Numbered from the stretch's first letter, positions 19,394 through 29,851 are shown. The stretch is 64,000 nt of DNA from an uncultured archaeon (GCA_938045545.1 CALIBN010000017.1:112-64111), one strand, 5' to 3'. Program-made: numbers and translations. The notes: generated by a model not told the origin, from the sequence alone.

Positions 19394-20581
19394 ATGGCTT
19401 CTGAAACAGCGTGGAGCAAGCTTCCCATAGATCTTCAGGAGCAGTTCTACGAGAGGGCGGAGAGGGAGGCGCGTAGGCTTACAACCGTCATACGGGATTT
19501 AAGGTCTAAGATAGAGCTGGCTAAGAATAAGTTGGAACCGTACGTGCGTCGGTTGGAGTTCAAGGCTTCCGGGGATTTCTCGATAGCTGCCGTCGACGGT
19601 TCCTTCTCGCCTAGGCCTGCTGAAACTATTGGCGCAAGGTTCACAGTATACTCTGCAGGCTTCATGATGGTGAAGGGTAGGGAAATAGTTAAGGAAGGTT
19701 TTTTCTCAGGAGGTGTGCGTCATGATCATGCTCACAGCAGGGATTTTTCCAGCGCTGTCCTACACGTGCAGGGATCCTATTTGGAGAGGAGAGCCGCCTT
19801 GGAAGCCTTAAAGGAGGATCCGGACCTGCTGCTTCTAGACGGAAGCTTCCTTGGTTTTGCATACTCTCTCTTCAGAGTTAGAAGAATAGTCCCAGTGCCC
19901 CAGTGGATAGTCGACACAGCTAGAGAAACCTTGGAGGCGACGGAGAAGCTTCTGGACTCGGGGAAGTGCGCTGGAGTGGTTAAGAGAGGGAGGAGCAGGG
20001 CCATAGGAGGCTGGTTGTCAATCGAGGAGGGCGGTAAAAGCCCTTTAACAGACTGCCTAGACAAGCAGATTTTACACTACCTTATGAAGCCTCCTTCAAT
20101 CCTTAACTATAGGGAGCTTCTGAAGCAGCCGGGCCTCCAGAGAGCCTACAGCAGGGTTAGCGAGCTGCTGGGCCGAGGCGGTTTAAGCCCTAAAGATGCT
20201 TTTGAGCAGGCTATGAAGTGGGTTGTTGAAAGCCTGACGAAGGCTCTAGACGTGTCCGATGAAACAGCCTTAAGGCTTGAATCCAGAATAAACAGGGTTC
20301 AAATAAAGGTTAGCGCTGAGAATCCTCCTTTCGAGCTTGAAGTACCGGTTGAATCTGAAGATAAAGTGTTAAGCGTTCTCTTCTCGAGCGTCGACAATTT
20401 TAACATGGCGACGGGCCTGCCTCTCGCAATAGATCTTGTTGATGAAAGCGTCACGCTGCCCGCTGAATTTACGGGGGAATTCGTAAGGGAGGTTGAGGCC
20501 AGGATCGTTGACTCCTACGATGGGGATCTTGAGGAAGTTAAAGGGTTTTTCACAGCTATGAATCCTCAGAAAGAATTTTAG
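19394..20581 (+). CDS. NurA-like 5'-3' nuclease
   Basis: Sits immediately downstream of the HerA-like gene, separated by 6 nt. 'FSIAAVDGSFSP' matches the NurA catalytic 'DGS' motif region. 395 aa. Confidence 0.5.
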   Translation: MASETAWSKLPIDLQEQFYERAEREARRLTTVIRDLRSKIELAKNKLEPYVRRLEFKASGDFSIAAVDGSFSPRPAETIGARFTVYSAGFMMVKGREIVKEGFFSGGVRHDHAHSRDFSSAVLHVQGSYLERRAALEALKEDPDLLLLDGSFLGFAYSLFRVRRIVPVPQWIVDTARETLEATEKLLDSGKCAGVVKRGRSRAIGGWLSIEEGGKSPLTDCLDKQILHYLMKPPSILNYRELLKQPGLQRAYSRVSELLGRGGLSPKDAFEQAMKWVVESLTKALDVSDETALRLESRINRVQIKVSAENPPFELEVPVESEDKVLSVLFSSVDNFNMATGLPLAIDLVDESVTLPAEFTGEFVREVEARIVDSYDGDLEEVKGFFTAMNPQKEF

Positions 20582-20613
20582 CCTTTTATACTTAGGTTTT
20601 ATACGTCTATGCG

Positions 20614-21564
20614 TTGGAAAGCATTATTCTTGCCCATGGGGATTGCGACGGGGTCTGTGCGGCCTCAATAGTTCTAGCTGCAAGGAGAAATGCTAAAGTG
20701 GTGTTCACAAACCCTGCTGGTCTTCTGTCAGAGCTTAGGTCTATCGAAGCCGGGAGCATCATAATACTGGATGTAGCGTTAACTTCGAAACATAAGGATG
20801 GGATAGCCTCAGAGTTTAAGAGGCTTGGTTCGAGAAACGAGGTTGTCTACTTGGATCACCATCCTCTTCCTCAAGGACTAGGCTTGAGTAAGCTGCCTGT
20901 TAAGACGCTTAAACGAGTTAGGGGTGCGTGCTCCTCTGAGCTTGCCTACACTTATTTTAAGGATTGGCTGGAGCCTGAGATGAGCAGGGTTGCAATCTAC
21001 GGCGCGATAGGAGACTATAGTGATGACACGCCCGGGGTTAGAAGGATGTTGGAGAAATGGGATAAGAGGGAGCTCTACTTGGAAGCCGGGATCCTGGTGG
21101 CCGCGCTGGAGGGTGTTAGAAGGAGGGATTTCGATTTCAAGAGGAGCCTCGTCAACTATCTTTCTGAAAACAGGCTTCCAAGCGCTGATAGAAGCCTGGT
21201 TGAAATGGCTTTACGCGAGTCAGAGAGGGATGAGGAGATGCGCCGCCTGGTGAAGAGCATGGTGAAGACTCATGGCAACGTATCGTACGTTACGAACCTG
21301 GAATGGTCTCTTGGGAAGGCTGCGACCTACGCTAGGGCTTACGGCGGCACAATAGTCGGGGTGGCGGCTGAAGAACAGGGTGAGAACATTGATCTGAGCA
21401 TCAGGTCCGTGGGCTTGAAAAATCTCTACAGTGTTGTGTCTAGGGTTGCCGGAGAGCTCGGAGGGATCGGTGGTGGGCACGCTAACGCGGCTGGAGCAAG
21501 GATTCCAAGGGGGAAACTCTTAGAATTCGTAGAAATGCTCGACGAAGGGCTTGCAAAAATTTAG
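20614..21564 (+). CDS. DHH-DHHA1 family phosphoesterase (NrnA/RecJ-like)
   Basis: DHH motif I 'AHGDCDGVCAAS', motif III 'YLDHHP', and the DHHA1 'GGIGGGHANAAG' motif. 316 aa. Confidence 0.75.
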   Translation: MESIILAHGDCDGVCAASIVLAARRNAKVVFTNPAGLLSELRSIEAGSIIILDVALTSKHKDGIASEFKRLGSRNEVVYLDHHPLPQGLGLSKLPVKTLKRVRGACSSELAYTYFKDWLEPEMSRVAIYGAIGDYSDDTPGVRRMLEKWDKRELYLEAGILVAALEGVRRRDFDFKRSLVNYLSENRLPSADRSLVEMALRESERDEEMRRLVKSMVKTHGNVSYVTNLEWSLGKAATYARAYGGTIVGVAAEEQGENIDLSIRSVGLKNLYSVVSRVAGELGGIGGGHANAAGARIPRGKLLEFVEMLDEGLAKI

Positions 21565-21621
21565 CTCGCCAGTGTAATAAGCAGCCTGGACTAAAAGTTA
21601 TATTTCTGACCCTCCAAAATA

Positions 21622-24177
21622 TTGGGAGAATTGAATAGGATAGTGTTGCTCATGGTTACGGGTGCACTGCTGTTTTACACCGCTATCCCCGGCTTCACAC
21701 TTCCCGCTTCAGCGCAAGCACCTCAGTCTACCAGAGTATTCTACCCTTTAAAGGACGCTGTGGTCTACGAGGGTGATCCCGACCGTAATTTCGGCTTCAA
21801 TTGGGAGATAGGGGTTAATTACAGGGAGGGTTTCCGAGACCGTTCCTTCATAATGTTCGATTTAAGCAGCATACCTCCGGGGTCCATCGTTGTTTCAGCC
21901 ATCCTAAACATATACATGTATGATCCTCCTGACCTGAACCGGAGTCTAGCATGCTACCAGGTTGATGAGGGGGACTGGGGAGAGGACAGTATTACTTGGA
22001 GAAACCAGCCGGGTGCAAGCCTATTCGTAGCGTCGGTTTCAACAGGCGATAAGCCGAAGTGGCTTAAGCTGGATGTTAAGAGCTCCCTCGTAAAATTCGT
22101 CTCCGGAAGCCGCGCTGTCTACGAGCCTAACTTCGGCTGGATGCTGAGGGATTATGCTGAGGGCCTGGGTTCAGCCAGCTACCCGTTCTGGATGTGTTCC
22201 AGGGAGCATAAGGATTCGAGCAAGCATCCTTATCTTGAAGTCAAATACTCTCCTCCCCGTCTAGACCTCGTTCCCTCCGGAGACTCGATGCAGGCCGGGG
22301 GCTGGATTAAAATGAGGGTCTACAGGGAGACTGAGACCGGTGAGAGAATTACGCGCGGCCCCCTCAGGGTTGGGCTTGATTCAAACTCGAACTCGACGAG
22401 TAGAAGATTCTCTTTGACCCAGGGTGGGGATGCGATAACGGAGTTGACAATACGGGAAGGCGCCACTTTCGCAGATTTCTACTATTATGAGGAGAGGGCT
22501 GGAACATGGAGCATAAGTGTTAAGGCGGTGGACTATCCTGACTATGTTGGCGACGCTGAAACCCTCAGGGTTACTCCCGGCCCATTAGAAGGCTTCGAGT
22601 TTGAAACTATAGGTTCTCCAAAGCAGGCTGCAGTGCCCTTCCAGATAACCATAATCGCGCGCGACACGTATGGGAATGTCAAGACTGATTACAATGGGGT
22701 GAACACTCTTTCAGACACGACGGGAACCATCAGCCCTAATAAAACCGGGGCCTTCACCAACGGGAAATGGTCCGGATACGTAACAATTAGCAGGATAAGC
22801 GGAAGCGTAAAGATTACGACTGCAGGCCTGGGGAAAACGGGTGAGAGCAACGAGTTCAAAGTTACAGCCGGCCCTCCCGCGAAGCTTGTAATCGAGCCCT
22901 CGAGCTTCAAGATGGCGGCGGGCGTAGTTTTCCCGCGCCTAAGCTTATCGCTTAGGGACATTAAGGATTTCGAAGCGAATAACACTTTAAACGTGACCGT
23001 GAGCCTTTCAACATCCTCACCCGAGGGTGAGTTCAGGTTTCCCGGAATGGCCGCGAGGATAACGAGCGTGACGATTCCAGCGGGCTCCAGCACTGTTCAA
23101 GTAGACTACTTTGACACCAAGGTTGGAAACCATGCCTTAACAGCTTCAGCCATGGGCTTCAAATTTACAGCGAACGTTACTGTTCTTGTTGACGAGCTTC
23201 CGCCCGTCACTCTGATAATGATTAAGGGGGCGAAACACGAAGCCAATGGGACTCTCTATGTCTCCGGCTCAACGCTCCTCGTTTTCTCGGCTGAGGATGA
23301 TTTGAGCGGTGTTAAAAGTATTTTTTACAGGATTGACGAGAACCCTTGGGAGGCTTACAACGCTGCCTTCGTGCCTTCACCCTATCCTGAAGGCAGGCAT
23401 GAGATAAGGTATTATAGTGTAGACAGGGCTGGTAATGCTGAGGCTGAGAGGAAACTGGAGTTCTTCCTGGATAAGTCTCCTCCCAGCGTCAGGGATGCGT
23501 CTCCGTCTGGAAGATTCTTTTCAAGCTCCAGAACCATTTTTCTGATAGTCAAGGCTGCTGACTCATCGGGAGTAAGGGAGGTTGAGCTGACCATAGACGG
23601 TATTTCACACGGGTTCATGGTTGAAAACGGGGACAGGCATATTAAGACTGTAAGCCTAAGCGAGGGAAGCCACAGCTGGAGCATCAGGCTGACTGACAAT
23701 CTGAACAACTCGGCTGTGTACAGCTATTCGTTCACGCTGATCCTTGACGCTAGGCCGCCAGTAATCACGGGTCTCTCAGGGCCTTCAAACCCTGTTTTCG
23801 GGGAGGCGGCGACAGTAGTATGCACGGTTTCCGACGAGCCTTCAGGCGTTAGAGACGTCTACCTCTGCTACTCGACGGATAAAGGGTCTTCCTGGGTCAG
23901 GACGGTGATGAGTCTTCAAGAGGGCCTCTACAAGGGTTCAATACCTTCTCAATTCTTCTTCACGGAGGTTCAATACTATGTTGAGGCTGTTGATAACGCG
24001 GGAAACAGGTTTCAGACAGGAGTCTCAACATACACCGTTGGCATACCGTTATGGCTCTACCTGTTAGCCCTGTCTCCAATAGCCCTTCTGTTAGCCGTAT
24101 TCTTTTTGAGAAGGATGTTGGCGAGGAGGCGTTCTCCCCAACAAGTATACACCGCTTCTGGAACAATGACGCGATAA
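21622..24177 (+). CDS. large secreted/cell-surface protein with C-terminal membrane anchor
   Basis: The N-terminal signal peptide 'MVTGALLFYTAIPGFTLPASAQA' probably starts at an internal Met. It is beta-rich and Ser/Thr/Asn-rich. The C-terminus is a TM helix plus basic tail 'LALSPIALLLAVFFLRRMLARRRS'. Confidence 0.55.
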   Translation: MGELNRIVLLMVTGALLFYTAIPGFTLPASAQAPQSTRVFYPLKDAVVYEGDPDRNFGFNWEIGVNYREGFRDRSFIMFDLSSIPPGSIVVSAILNIYMYDPPDLNRSLACYQVDEGDWGEDSITWRNQPGASLFVASVSTGDKPKWLKLDVKSSLVKFVSGSRAVYEPNFGWMLRDYAEGLGSASYPFWMCSREHKDSSKHPYLEVKYSPPRLDLVPSGDSMQAGGWIKMRVYRETETGERITRGPLRVGLDSNSNSTSRRFSLTQGGDAITELTIREGATFADFYYYEERAGTWSISVKAVDYPDYVGDAETLRVTPGPLEGFEFETIGSPKQAAVPFQITIIARDTYGNVKTDYNGVNTLSDTTGTISPNKTGAFTNGKWSGYVTISRISGSVKITTAGLGKTGESNEFKVTAGPPAKLVIEPSSFKMAAGVVFPRLSLSLRDIKDFEANNTLNVTVSLSTSSPEGEFRFPGMAARITSVTIPAGSSTVQVDYFDTKVGNHALTASAMGFKFTANVTVLVDELPPVTLIMIKGAKHEANGTLYVSGSTLLVFSAEDDLSGVKSIFYRIDENPWEAYNAAFVPSPYPEGRHEIRYYSVDRAGNAEAERKLEFFLDKSPPSVRDASPSGRFFSSSRTIFLIVKAADSSGVREVELTIDGISHGFMVENGDRHIKTVSLSEGSHSWSIRLTDNLNNSAVYSYSFTLILDARPPVITGLSGPSNPVFGEAATVVCTVSDEPSGVRDVYLCYSTDKGSSWVRTVMSLQEGLYKGSIPSQFFFTEVQYYVEAVDNAGNRFQTGVSTYTVGIPLWLYLLALSPIALLLAVFFLRRMLARRRSPQQVYTASGTMTR

Positions 24178-24352
24178 ATCCGGCATGCTTGCTAAGCCAC
24201 GCTTTTCATCCTTGACGCGCATGCTTTAACAGGCGTCGTCTCAACGATTAACAGTTTTCAACCTGGTCTAGGAATCCTGTTTGAAAGCAGCTTGCCAAAG
24301 GCTGGAAACAGCTCTGCCTCCGAAGCGTTACATGAGAAAAAAGGAATACTCT

Positions 24353-24742
24353 CTAAAGCAGGTTTCTTATCAGCTCTTTCTCCGTCACTATTCCTACGGT
24401 TCTGCCTCCCTTTACTACAACGATCCTCCTTACCTCCTTCTCCTTCATCAGCGTTATCGCCTTAAGAATAGATGCCTCTGGGTCGATCGTGATAAGCGGC
24501 TTGCTCATTATCTCTCTGCAAGCAACCTTCTTAGGATCCTTACCCTCCATTAAAACCCTCTTTATCAGGTCCCTTTCAGTCACTATTCCCTCGGGTCTTC
24601 CTCCAGACTCGATCACAACAGCCCCTATCCCATAGCTCATCATCTTGCTTGCCGCTTCAAACACTGAATCCGTAGGAAGAACGCTGACGACGGGAGAAGA
24701 CATGACGTCCCTGACTTTTTTCTCCTCCTTCTCCGAGGACAA
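24353..24742 (-). CDS. CBS-domain pair protein
   Basis: Two CBS repeats: 'VRDVMSSPVVSVLPTDSVFEAASKM' and 'CREIMSKPLITIDPEASILKAITLM'. Confidence 0.8.
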   Translation of the reverse strand: MSSEKEEKKVRDVMSSPVVSVLPTDSVFEAASKMMSYGIGAVVIESGGRPEGIVTERDLIKRVLMEGKDPKKVACREIMSKPLITIDPEASILKAITLMKEKEVRRIVVVKGGRTVGIVTEKELIRNLL

Positions 24743-24892
24743 GCATCCTCCCCTCGCAGATTTACTACGCGCCTAGGGTTAATAACTTTTTAATCCCCAG
24801 CTAAATCGCTTAAATGTTAACTGTAAAGCTCTTCTGAAGGTTTTGAAAAGCAACAGTAGGTTTATATATATGAGGATCGTTTTCCCGAAAGG

Positions 24893-26191
24893 TTGAAGGG
24901 CCCTAAGATAGCTTTCATTGGAGCAGGCAGCGTGGTTTTCGCGAGGACTCTGATCTCAGACATTCTCTCCTACCCGGCGCTTAGAGAATCGGAATTATGT
25001 CTGATGGATATTGATGCGGAGCGGCTTAAAATGGTTGCTGAGCTAGCGAAAACAATGACTTCAAAGCATGCTCCAAGCGTAAGGGTCAGCAGCACGCTTA
25101 ACCGACGGGAAGCACTCGACGGCGCTGACTACGTCATAATCATGATACAGGTGGGTGGGCTTAAAGCGTTTGAGAAGGATATCTACATACCTCTTAAATA
25201 CGGTGTGAACCAAGAGGTTGGAGACACCCTGGGGCCAGGTGGTGTCTTCAGGGGCCTGAGAACAGTGCCCGTTCTCATCGACATATGCAGAGACATGGAG
25301 GGCCTCTGTCCAGACGCCTTACTGATAAACTACGCGAACCCGATGGCGATAAACTGCTGGGCTATGAACAGGGCGACGAGAATAAGAAACGTTGGGCTCT
25401 GCCACAGTGTTCAGGGGACTGCGATGCAGCTTTCAAGCTACATAGGGGTTCCATACGAGGAGGTTTACTACTGGGTGGCGGGAATAAACCATCAAGCCTT
25501 CTTCCTAGAGTTTAAGCATCTTGGGAAAGATGCTTACCCGATGCTGTGGGAAGCCATGAAGAAACCGGATGTCTATGAGAAGGATAAGGTTAGGTTCGAA
25601 ATGATGAAGGCACTCGGATATTTCATAACTGAGTCCAGCCACCATCTTGGAGAATACGTTCCCTATTTCAGGGTGAATGAGGAGAGGCGTAGGAAGTACT
25701 GTGAGCCAAGATGGTTCTACTACCAGATATGTCAGGAAGCATGGAAGCCTCATTACGAGCAGATAAGGAGGCAGATCTCGGGTGTGGAGCCGGTTGAAAT
25801 AAGGCGTTCCCATGAGTACGGGGTTATGATAATAGACTCTATGGAAACAGGAACAATCCGGAGGATAAACGGTAATGTTGAAAACACAGGTATTATAACG
25901 AACCTGCCCTACGGGTGCTGCGTGGAGGTTCCTTGCTTCGTCGACAAAGGTGGGCTGCATCCCTGCTATGTTGGTGATCTACCACCTCAGTGCGCCGCGT
26001 TGAACAGGACCAATATAAATGTTCAGGAACTGGCGGTGAAAGCTGCTCTCGAGGCCGACAGGGAGTTGGCTTACCAAGCGGTCCTGTTCGACCCGTTGAC
26101 AGCCGCAGTGTTGACGCCTGAAGAGATCAGGAAAATGGTTGACGAAATGTTTGAGGCTGAGAGGGAGTGGCTTCCACAATTCTACAAGTAG
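24893..26191 (+). CDS. glycoside hydrolase family 4 (NAD+/Mn2+-dependent alpha-glucosidase/galactosidase-type)
   Basis: Rossmann 'KIAFIGAGSVVF', the GH4 'NYANP' and 'GLCHS' motifs, and 432 aa. Confidence 0.8.
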   Translation: MKGPKIAFIGAGSVVFARTLISDILSYPALRESELCLMDIDAERLKMVAELAKTMTSKHAPSVRVSSTLNRREALDGADYVIIMIQVGGLKAFEKDIYIPLKYGVNQEVGDTLGPGGVFRGLRTVPVLIDICRDMEGLCPDALLINYANPMAINCWAMNRATRIRNVGLCHSVQGTAMQLSSYIGVPYEEVYYWVAGINHQAFFLEFKHLGKDAYPMLWEAMKKPDVYEKDKVRFEMMKALGYFITESSHHLGEYVPYFRVNEERRRKYCEPRWFYYQICQEAWKPHYEQIRRQISGVEPVEIRRSHEYGVMIIDSMETGTIRRINGNVENTGIITNLPYGCCVEVPCFVDKGGLHPCYVGDLPPQCAALNRTNINVQELAVKAALEADRELAYQAVLFDPLTAAVLTPEEIRKMVDEMFEAEREWLPQFYK

Positions 26192-26245
26192 GGTTTACAT
26201 TAAACATTAATCCAGTTCAGATTATTCCCACCGTTCTTGAAAAGC

Positions 26246-27277
26246 CTACAGTTTTTCAAGCACGAAAATATGAGGGTATAGCCCGCCTGTTTCGACAACT
26301 CTTTCATGCACCAGCTTGAACTTCTTCGTCTTGAAAACAATGCTTCGGAAAGCAGTTGCCTTAAGGCTTATCACCGTGATACTGCCATCGGGCTTAACTA
26401 TTTTTGAAGCTGAGTTGAGGAAGCGGAAATAAGTTTCTCTAAGGTTCTTCTCCCTGCTCATTCGAACCCCGTAGGGAGGGTTCGTCACCACTCTATCTAT
26501 GGTTGAATCATAATAGTCTTCAAGCCTCCGGGCGTCAGCAATCCTGAGCGAAACGTGTTTCTCAACCCCGGCTGCTTCAGCGTTTCTCCTAGCCCCCTCT
26601 AAAAATCTGCTGTTAACATCGCTGCCGTAAATCGTTATCCTGCCGTCCCAAACCTGAGCCGCCTCTATAGGGATCGTGCCGCCTCCGCAGAAAGGATCAA
26701 GCAGAACATCCCCGTCTTCAACACCCGCTATCCTCAGCATTCCGTAGGCTAGCGGCGCCTTTATCGCGGCAGGATGGTTAAAAGGCCTTTCAAACCTCTT
26801 ATGTAAAGACTCCCTTGTCAACTGAACCCCGACGTAACACTTGCTTCCTATCACGTCGCAGACAATGTTCACGTCGAAGCTTTTCAAGCTGACCTTCCTG
26901 CCGTATTTCTCAACTATGGCTTGCCCCGCATACTTCTGAACCTGGACAGAGGTGAAGGCATGCTCGCCTATTCTCTGACACGTAACCCTGAAGGTTTCAG
27001 CGCTCTTCAAATCCTCTATTTCAATACTTTTCAACCCGTTGTAAACGTCGAGCAGGCCTTCCTCCCCCGTCCTTATTTCGAAAACGGATACGTGTTTCAC
27101 AGCGTGGTATATTGAGCGCAAAGAGAAAACCCTGGCCAGTTTCTCCCCGTCGATTTCAACGCTAATCCTGCCCGGTAGACCGTGAAACCTTGATGCCCGT
27201 GCTTCTAAAACCTCTTCAACCTCTTTCTCAACGATGTCCTCAATGCCGGGGTTTGTAGTGAGCAGAATAATCAACAC
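26246..27277 (-). CDS. THUMP-domain tRNA (guanine-N2)-methyltransferase (Trm11/Trm14 family)
   Basis: SAM-MTase motif I 'LLDPFCGGGTIPIEAA' and motif IV 'VVTNPPYG'. The N-terminal half is THUMP-like. Confidence 0.8.
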   Translation of the reverse strand: MLIILLTTNPGIEDIVEKEVEEVLEARASRFHGLPGRISVEIDGEKLARVFSLRSIYHAVKHVSVFEIRTGEEGLLDVYNGLKSIEIEDLKSAETFRVTCQRIGEHAFTSVQVQKYAGQAIVEKYGRKVSLKSFDVNIVCDVIGSKCYVGVQLTRESLHKRFERPFNHPAAIKAPLAYGMLRIAGVEDGDVLLDPFCGGGTIPIEAAQVWDGRITIYGSDVNSRFLEGARRNAEAAGVEKHVSLRIADARRLEDYYDSTIDRVVTNPPYGVRMSREKNLRETYFRFLNSASKIVKPDGSITVISLKATAFRSIVFKTKKFKLVHERVVETGGLYPHIFVLEKL

Positions 27278-27357
27278 TTTAACATTGTTTTTGTTCCATC
27301 GCCTTAAAAGCTTTACCTATATGTGGAAACCGTCCGGCTGTGGAGCATCCTCGAAAA

Positions 27358-28254
27358 CTAGACTTCAGGCGTGCTGATTTTCTCCGCGAGTTTAAACGCG
27401 TCATGGAACCTGGAGGGGCCTCTAAGCGATTCCTCAGCGATGTGGAACACGTTTATACTTGACTCTTTCAGAAGAATATGCCATCCTGAGGGTTCAGCCT
27501 TCTCCCATTTGCCGCCTAGGTTCCTGACGAGCACTTCTCCCAGGTAGCTGCCAGTCATTAGCACCAGCCTCAGCAGTATCGTGCTGTACGTGTTCTCCCC
27601 ATCCTCCATCTCCACGTCCTTGAAAAGCTCCTTAGGCCAGTACGCGTCAATAACCCTGTCCAGCTCAACAAGCGAGCCCGGAGTGTAGTCTATCGGCTTA
27701 AGCATCATGCTGTAGAACCATTCAACGCATTCCGCTGAGCAGTGTCTGAAGAAGGCTGGTCCAGCCTCAGCAACCCTACTTTCGTCAGCCACTATCTTCC
27801 CCTCCTCGCCCCGCTTATAATAGGTGATTTCAAACTCCTCCCTACTGGAGGCCTCAGCCCAGTGTTCCAGATACTTGTCCACCAGCTCCCAGTCTGTTTC
27901 CCCGGTGTCAAGCCCACAGTCTTCGAAAAGCTGCAGCTTCAAGTATTCTGCGGTGAACAAGGCGTCCCTAGAGTCTTGCCGCGACCTCAGGTTGCTTATT
28001 ATCAAGCCTATCCTTGAAAGCCTGTCGCCGCCAAGCCTGGAGTCAAGCAGTCTCTTGGCCATCGCGAAAATAGAGCGGAACATGAATGCTCTTTCAGCAG
28101 CATCCTCTGTTTCCTTCATGGAGTCGTTAATCCAGTCGTAGAAAACCGCAGCCAGCCTTATTCTATCCTCGTCTCCCGACTCCATTACTCTTGCGAAAAA
28201 CTCTCTATACTCCTTCATGATCCCGGTTGAAACTGGTTCCCCCTCCTCCACCAT
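27358..28254 (-). CDS. hypothetical protein
   Basis: 298-aa soluble acidic protein with no recognisable motif. Confidence 0.4.
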   Translation of the reverse strand: MVEEGEPVSTGIMKEYREFFARVMESGDEDRIRLAAVFYDWINDSMKETEDAAERAFMFRSIFAMAKRLLDSRLGGDRLSRIGLIISNLRSRQDSRDALFTAEYLKLQLFEDCGLDTGETDWELVDKYLEHWAEASSREEFEITYYKRGEEGKIVADESRVAEAGPAFFRHCSAECVEWFYSMMLKPIDYTPGSLVELDRVIDAYWPKELFKDVEMEDGENTYSTILLRLVLMTGSYLGEVLVRNLGGKWEKAEPSGWHILLKESSINVFHIAEESLRGPSRFHDAFKLAEKISTPEV

Positions 28255-28327
28255 TAGCTAAGAGGGCTGGCTTAAGCTTAAAAACCTTAGCCTAAGATTC
28301 CGGAATGCGAGGGGTCTGACGCTTATT

Positions 28328-28534
28328 CTAAAGAGGTGTTTTAACCTTAGCCGTCTGCTGTGCAACCTGACGCCGAGCGTAAAGCTTTGAAATCTCCTCC
28401 ATCAAGGTCCTCTCCTTCTTGCAAAGTAGCGTGTAGGCGTCCTGCCCTATGACAACATCCTTCTTCTCCCTTATCTTCTTAAGCTCGGCCTTCAGGTACC
28501 TGAGCAGCTCCTCCTCGCTCTCGCTCCAGCTCAA
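28328..28534 (-). CDS. small hypothetical coiled-coil protein
   Basis: 68-aa charged helical ORF. Confidence 0.3.
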   Translation of the reverse strand: MSWSESEEELLRYLKAELKKIREKKDVVIGQDAYTLLCKKERTLMEEISKLYARRQVAQQTAKVKTPL

Positions 28535-28837
28535 CCAGGAAACACCTCCCTGAAAACAAGGGGTATGGGGCTGGACGAGTCTCTACCATCTATGCATCTT
28601 TTTACACTCGTCGCTGTCACCTTTTCGACCCCTCCCCCCACCCCTCTGTCTTTTCTTATCCATCCCAAATATTTAAGCTTTTTCCCTTGTTTAAAAACCC
28701 TTAAACCCTTTTAAACTGAAATGAACTGAAATAAACTGATTTAAACCGAATTTAAAGAGCAATCAAGCTGTTCTCGCAGAGCCGGCTGTGAGAAGGGTTT
28801 AAAGACCACCGTAGAACATCGTTTTAGCGAAAACTTT

Positions 28838-29827
28838 TTAATACAACGCTGAAAGCGCCAGAAGGATTAACCCGTATAAAGTCAGCGTCACCACTATCTC
28901 TATTGTTTTCTCAGGATAGTCTTTTTTGAAAAACAGCTTAACCGGTGTCCTCAGCATCCTTCCAACCAGCCGGGTTAAGGGGAGCATGAAGGGGGTTCTA
29001 TAACGGTAGTCAGCGTATTCCGAGCCGTGTTTCCCAAGCATGTCCCTCTCCTCTCGTAGAGCTATCCCGACGAGGACCAGGGCTGCGGCTACCCAGAATA
29101 ATGGTGGCGGCGCGAAATACCCTCCCCTGGGTGGTGTGAAAACATACTTGTCGTAAACCAGTAGCCCGTAGCTCCAAACCAGGAAGCTCAAGTACTGAGG
29201 GTGCCTCGAATACTTGTAGACCAGCATGTCTGCGAAACCCTTTCCCTGAAACCTGGCGTAGAACCATGTTGCGCAGCCTGCGAAAAACAGGATTGACGCT
29301 GCGAACACTATTGTTTTGAAAAGCGTTTCATCGAGGCTCCTCCCGTCGGCAGGGCTTAACAGTATTCTTAAAGCATCGTAAGGCAGGTAGGCGATGTCTC
29401 CAAGCTCGAGAATACTCTTCGCCGTACTTATCTTCTCGTAGATCGAAGAACCTGGTGAAAGCTCTATGAAGGGGAGCCACATGATCCTTAAAAAGCCTAT
29501 TCCCGAGAGGAAGAACATTGCTGAGGCGAAATAGCTGAACGTTGGGAGGATGAGGCTGGCCGAGCCTAGGAAGCTCAGCTTGTATCTCCCAAGCGCGAAC
29601 CCGAGGATTATCAGGGTTAAAGTGGCCCCCAGGCAAAGATAGCCTAAGGGTCTGACAGAGTCTACGAATTGTTCAGCCTCCTTCCATTCGCCAGCACCGT
29701 AGTGTGGAGTAGCCTCCATCAGCAGACCGTTTAGAAAAATCGGGAGCTCAAGCGTGGAGTAGAGCAACGCGTATGAAAAGACTGCTGAAAGAATTATTGA
29801 GAGGAGGACCGCCCGAGTTTTACGCAT
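28838..29827 (-). CDS. polytopic membrane protein with C-terminal ICMT/phospholipid-methyltransferase-like domain
   Basis: The C-terminal 'SRHPQYLSFLVW...ALREERDMLGKHGSEYADYRYRTPFMLP' resembles the isoprenylcysteine carboxyl methyltransferase signature RHPxY...EE..L...G..Y..Y. Confidence 0.5.
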   Translation of the reverse strand: MRKTRAVLLSIILSAVFSYALLYSTLELPIFLNGLLMEATPHYGAGEWKEAEQFVDSVRPLGYLCLGATLTLIILGFALGRYKLSFLGSASLILPTFSYFASAMFFLSGIGFLRIMWLPFIELSPGSSIYEKISTAKSILELGDIAYLPYDALRILLSPADGRSLDETLFKTIVFAASILFFAGCATWFYARFQGKGFADMLVYKYSRHPQYLSFLVWSYGLLVYDKYVFTPPRGGYFAPPPLFWVAAALVLVGIALREERDMLGKHGSEYADYRYRTPFMLPLTRLVGRMLRTPVKLFFKKDYPEKTIEIVVTLTLYGLILLALSALY

Positions 29828-29851
29828 TGCCGTCAGGCCTTGCCGGGTTGT

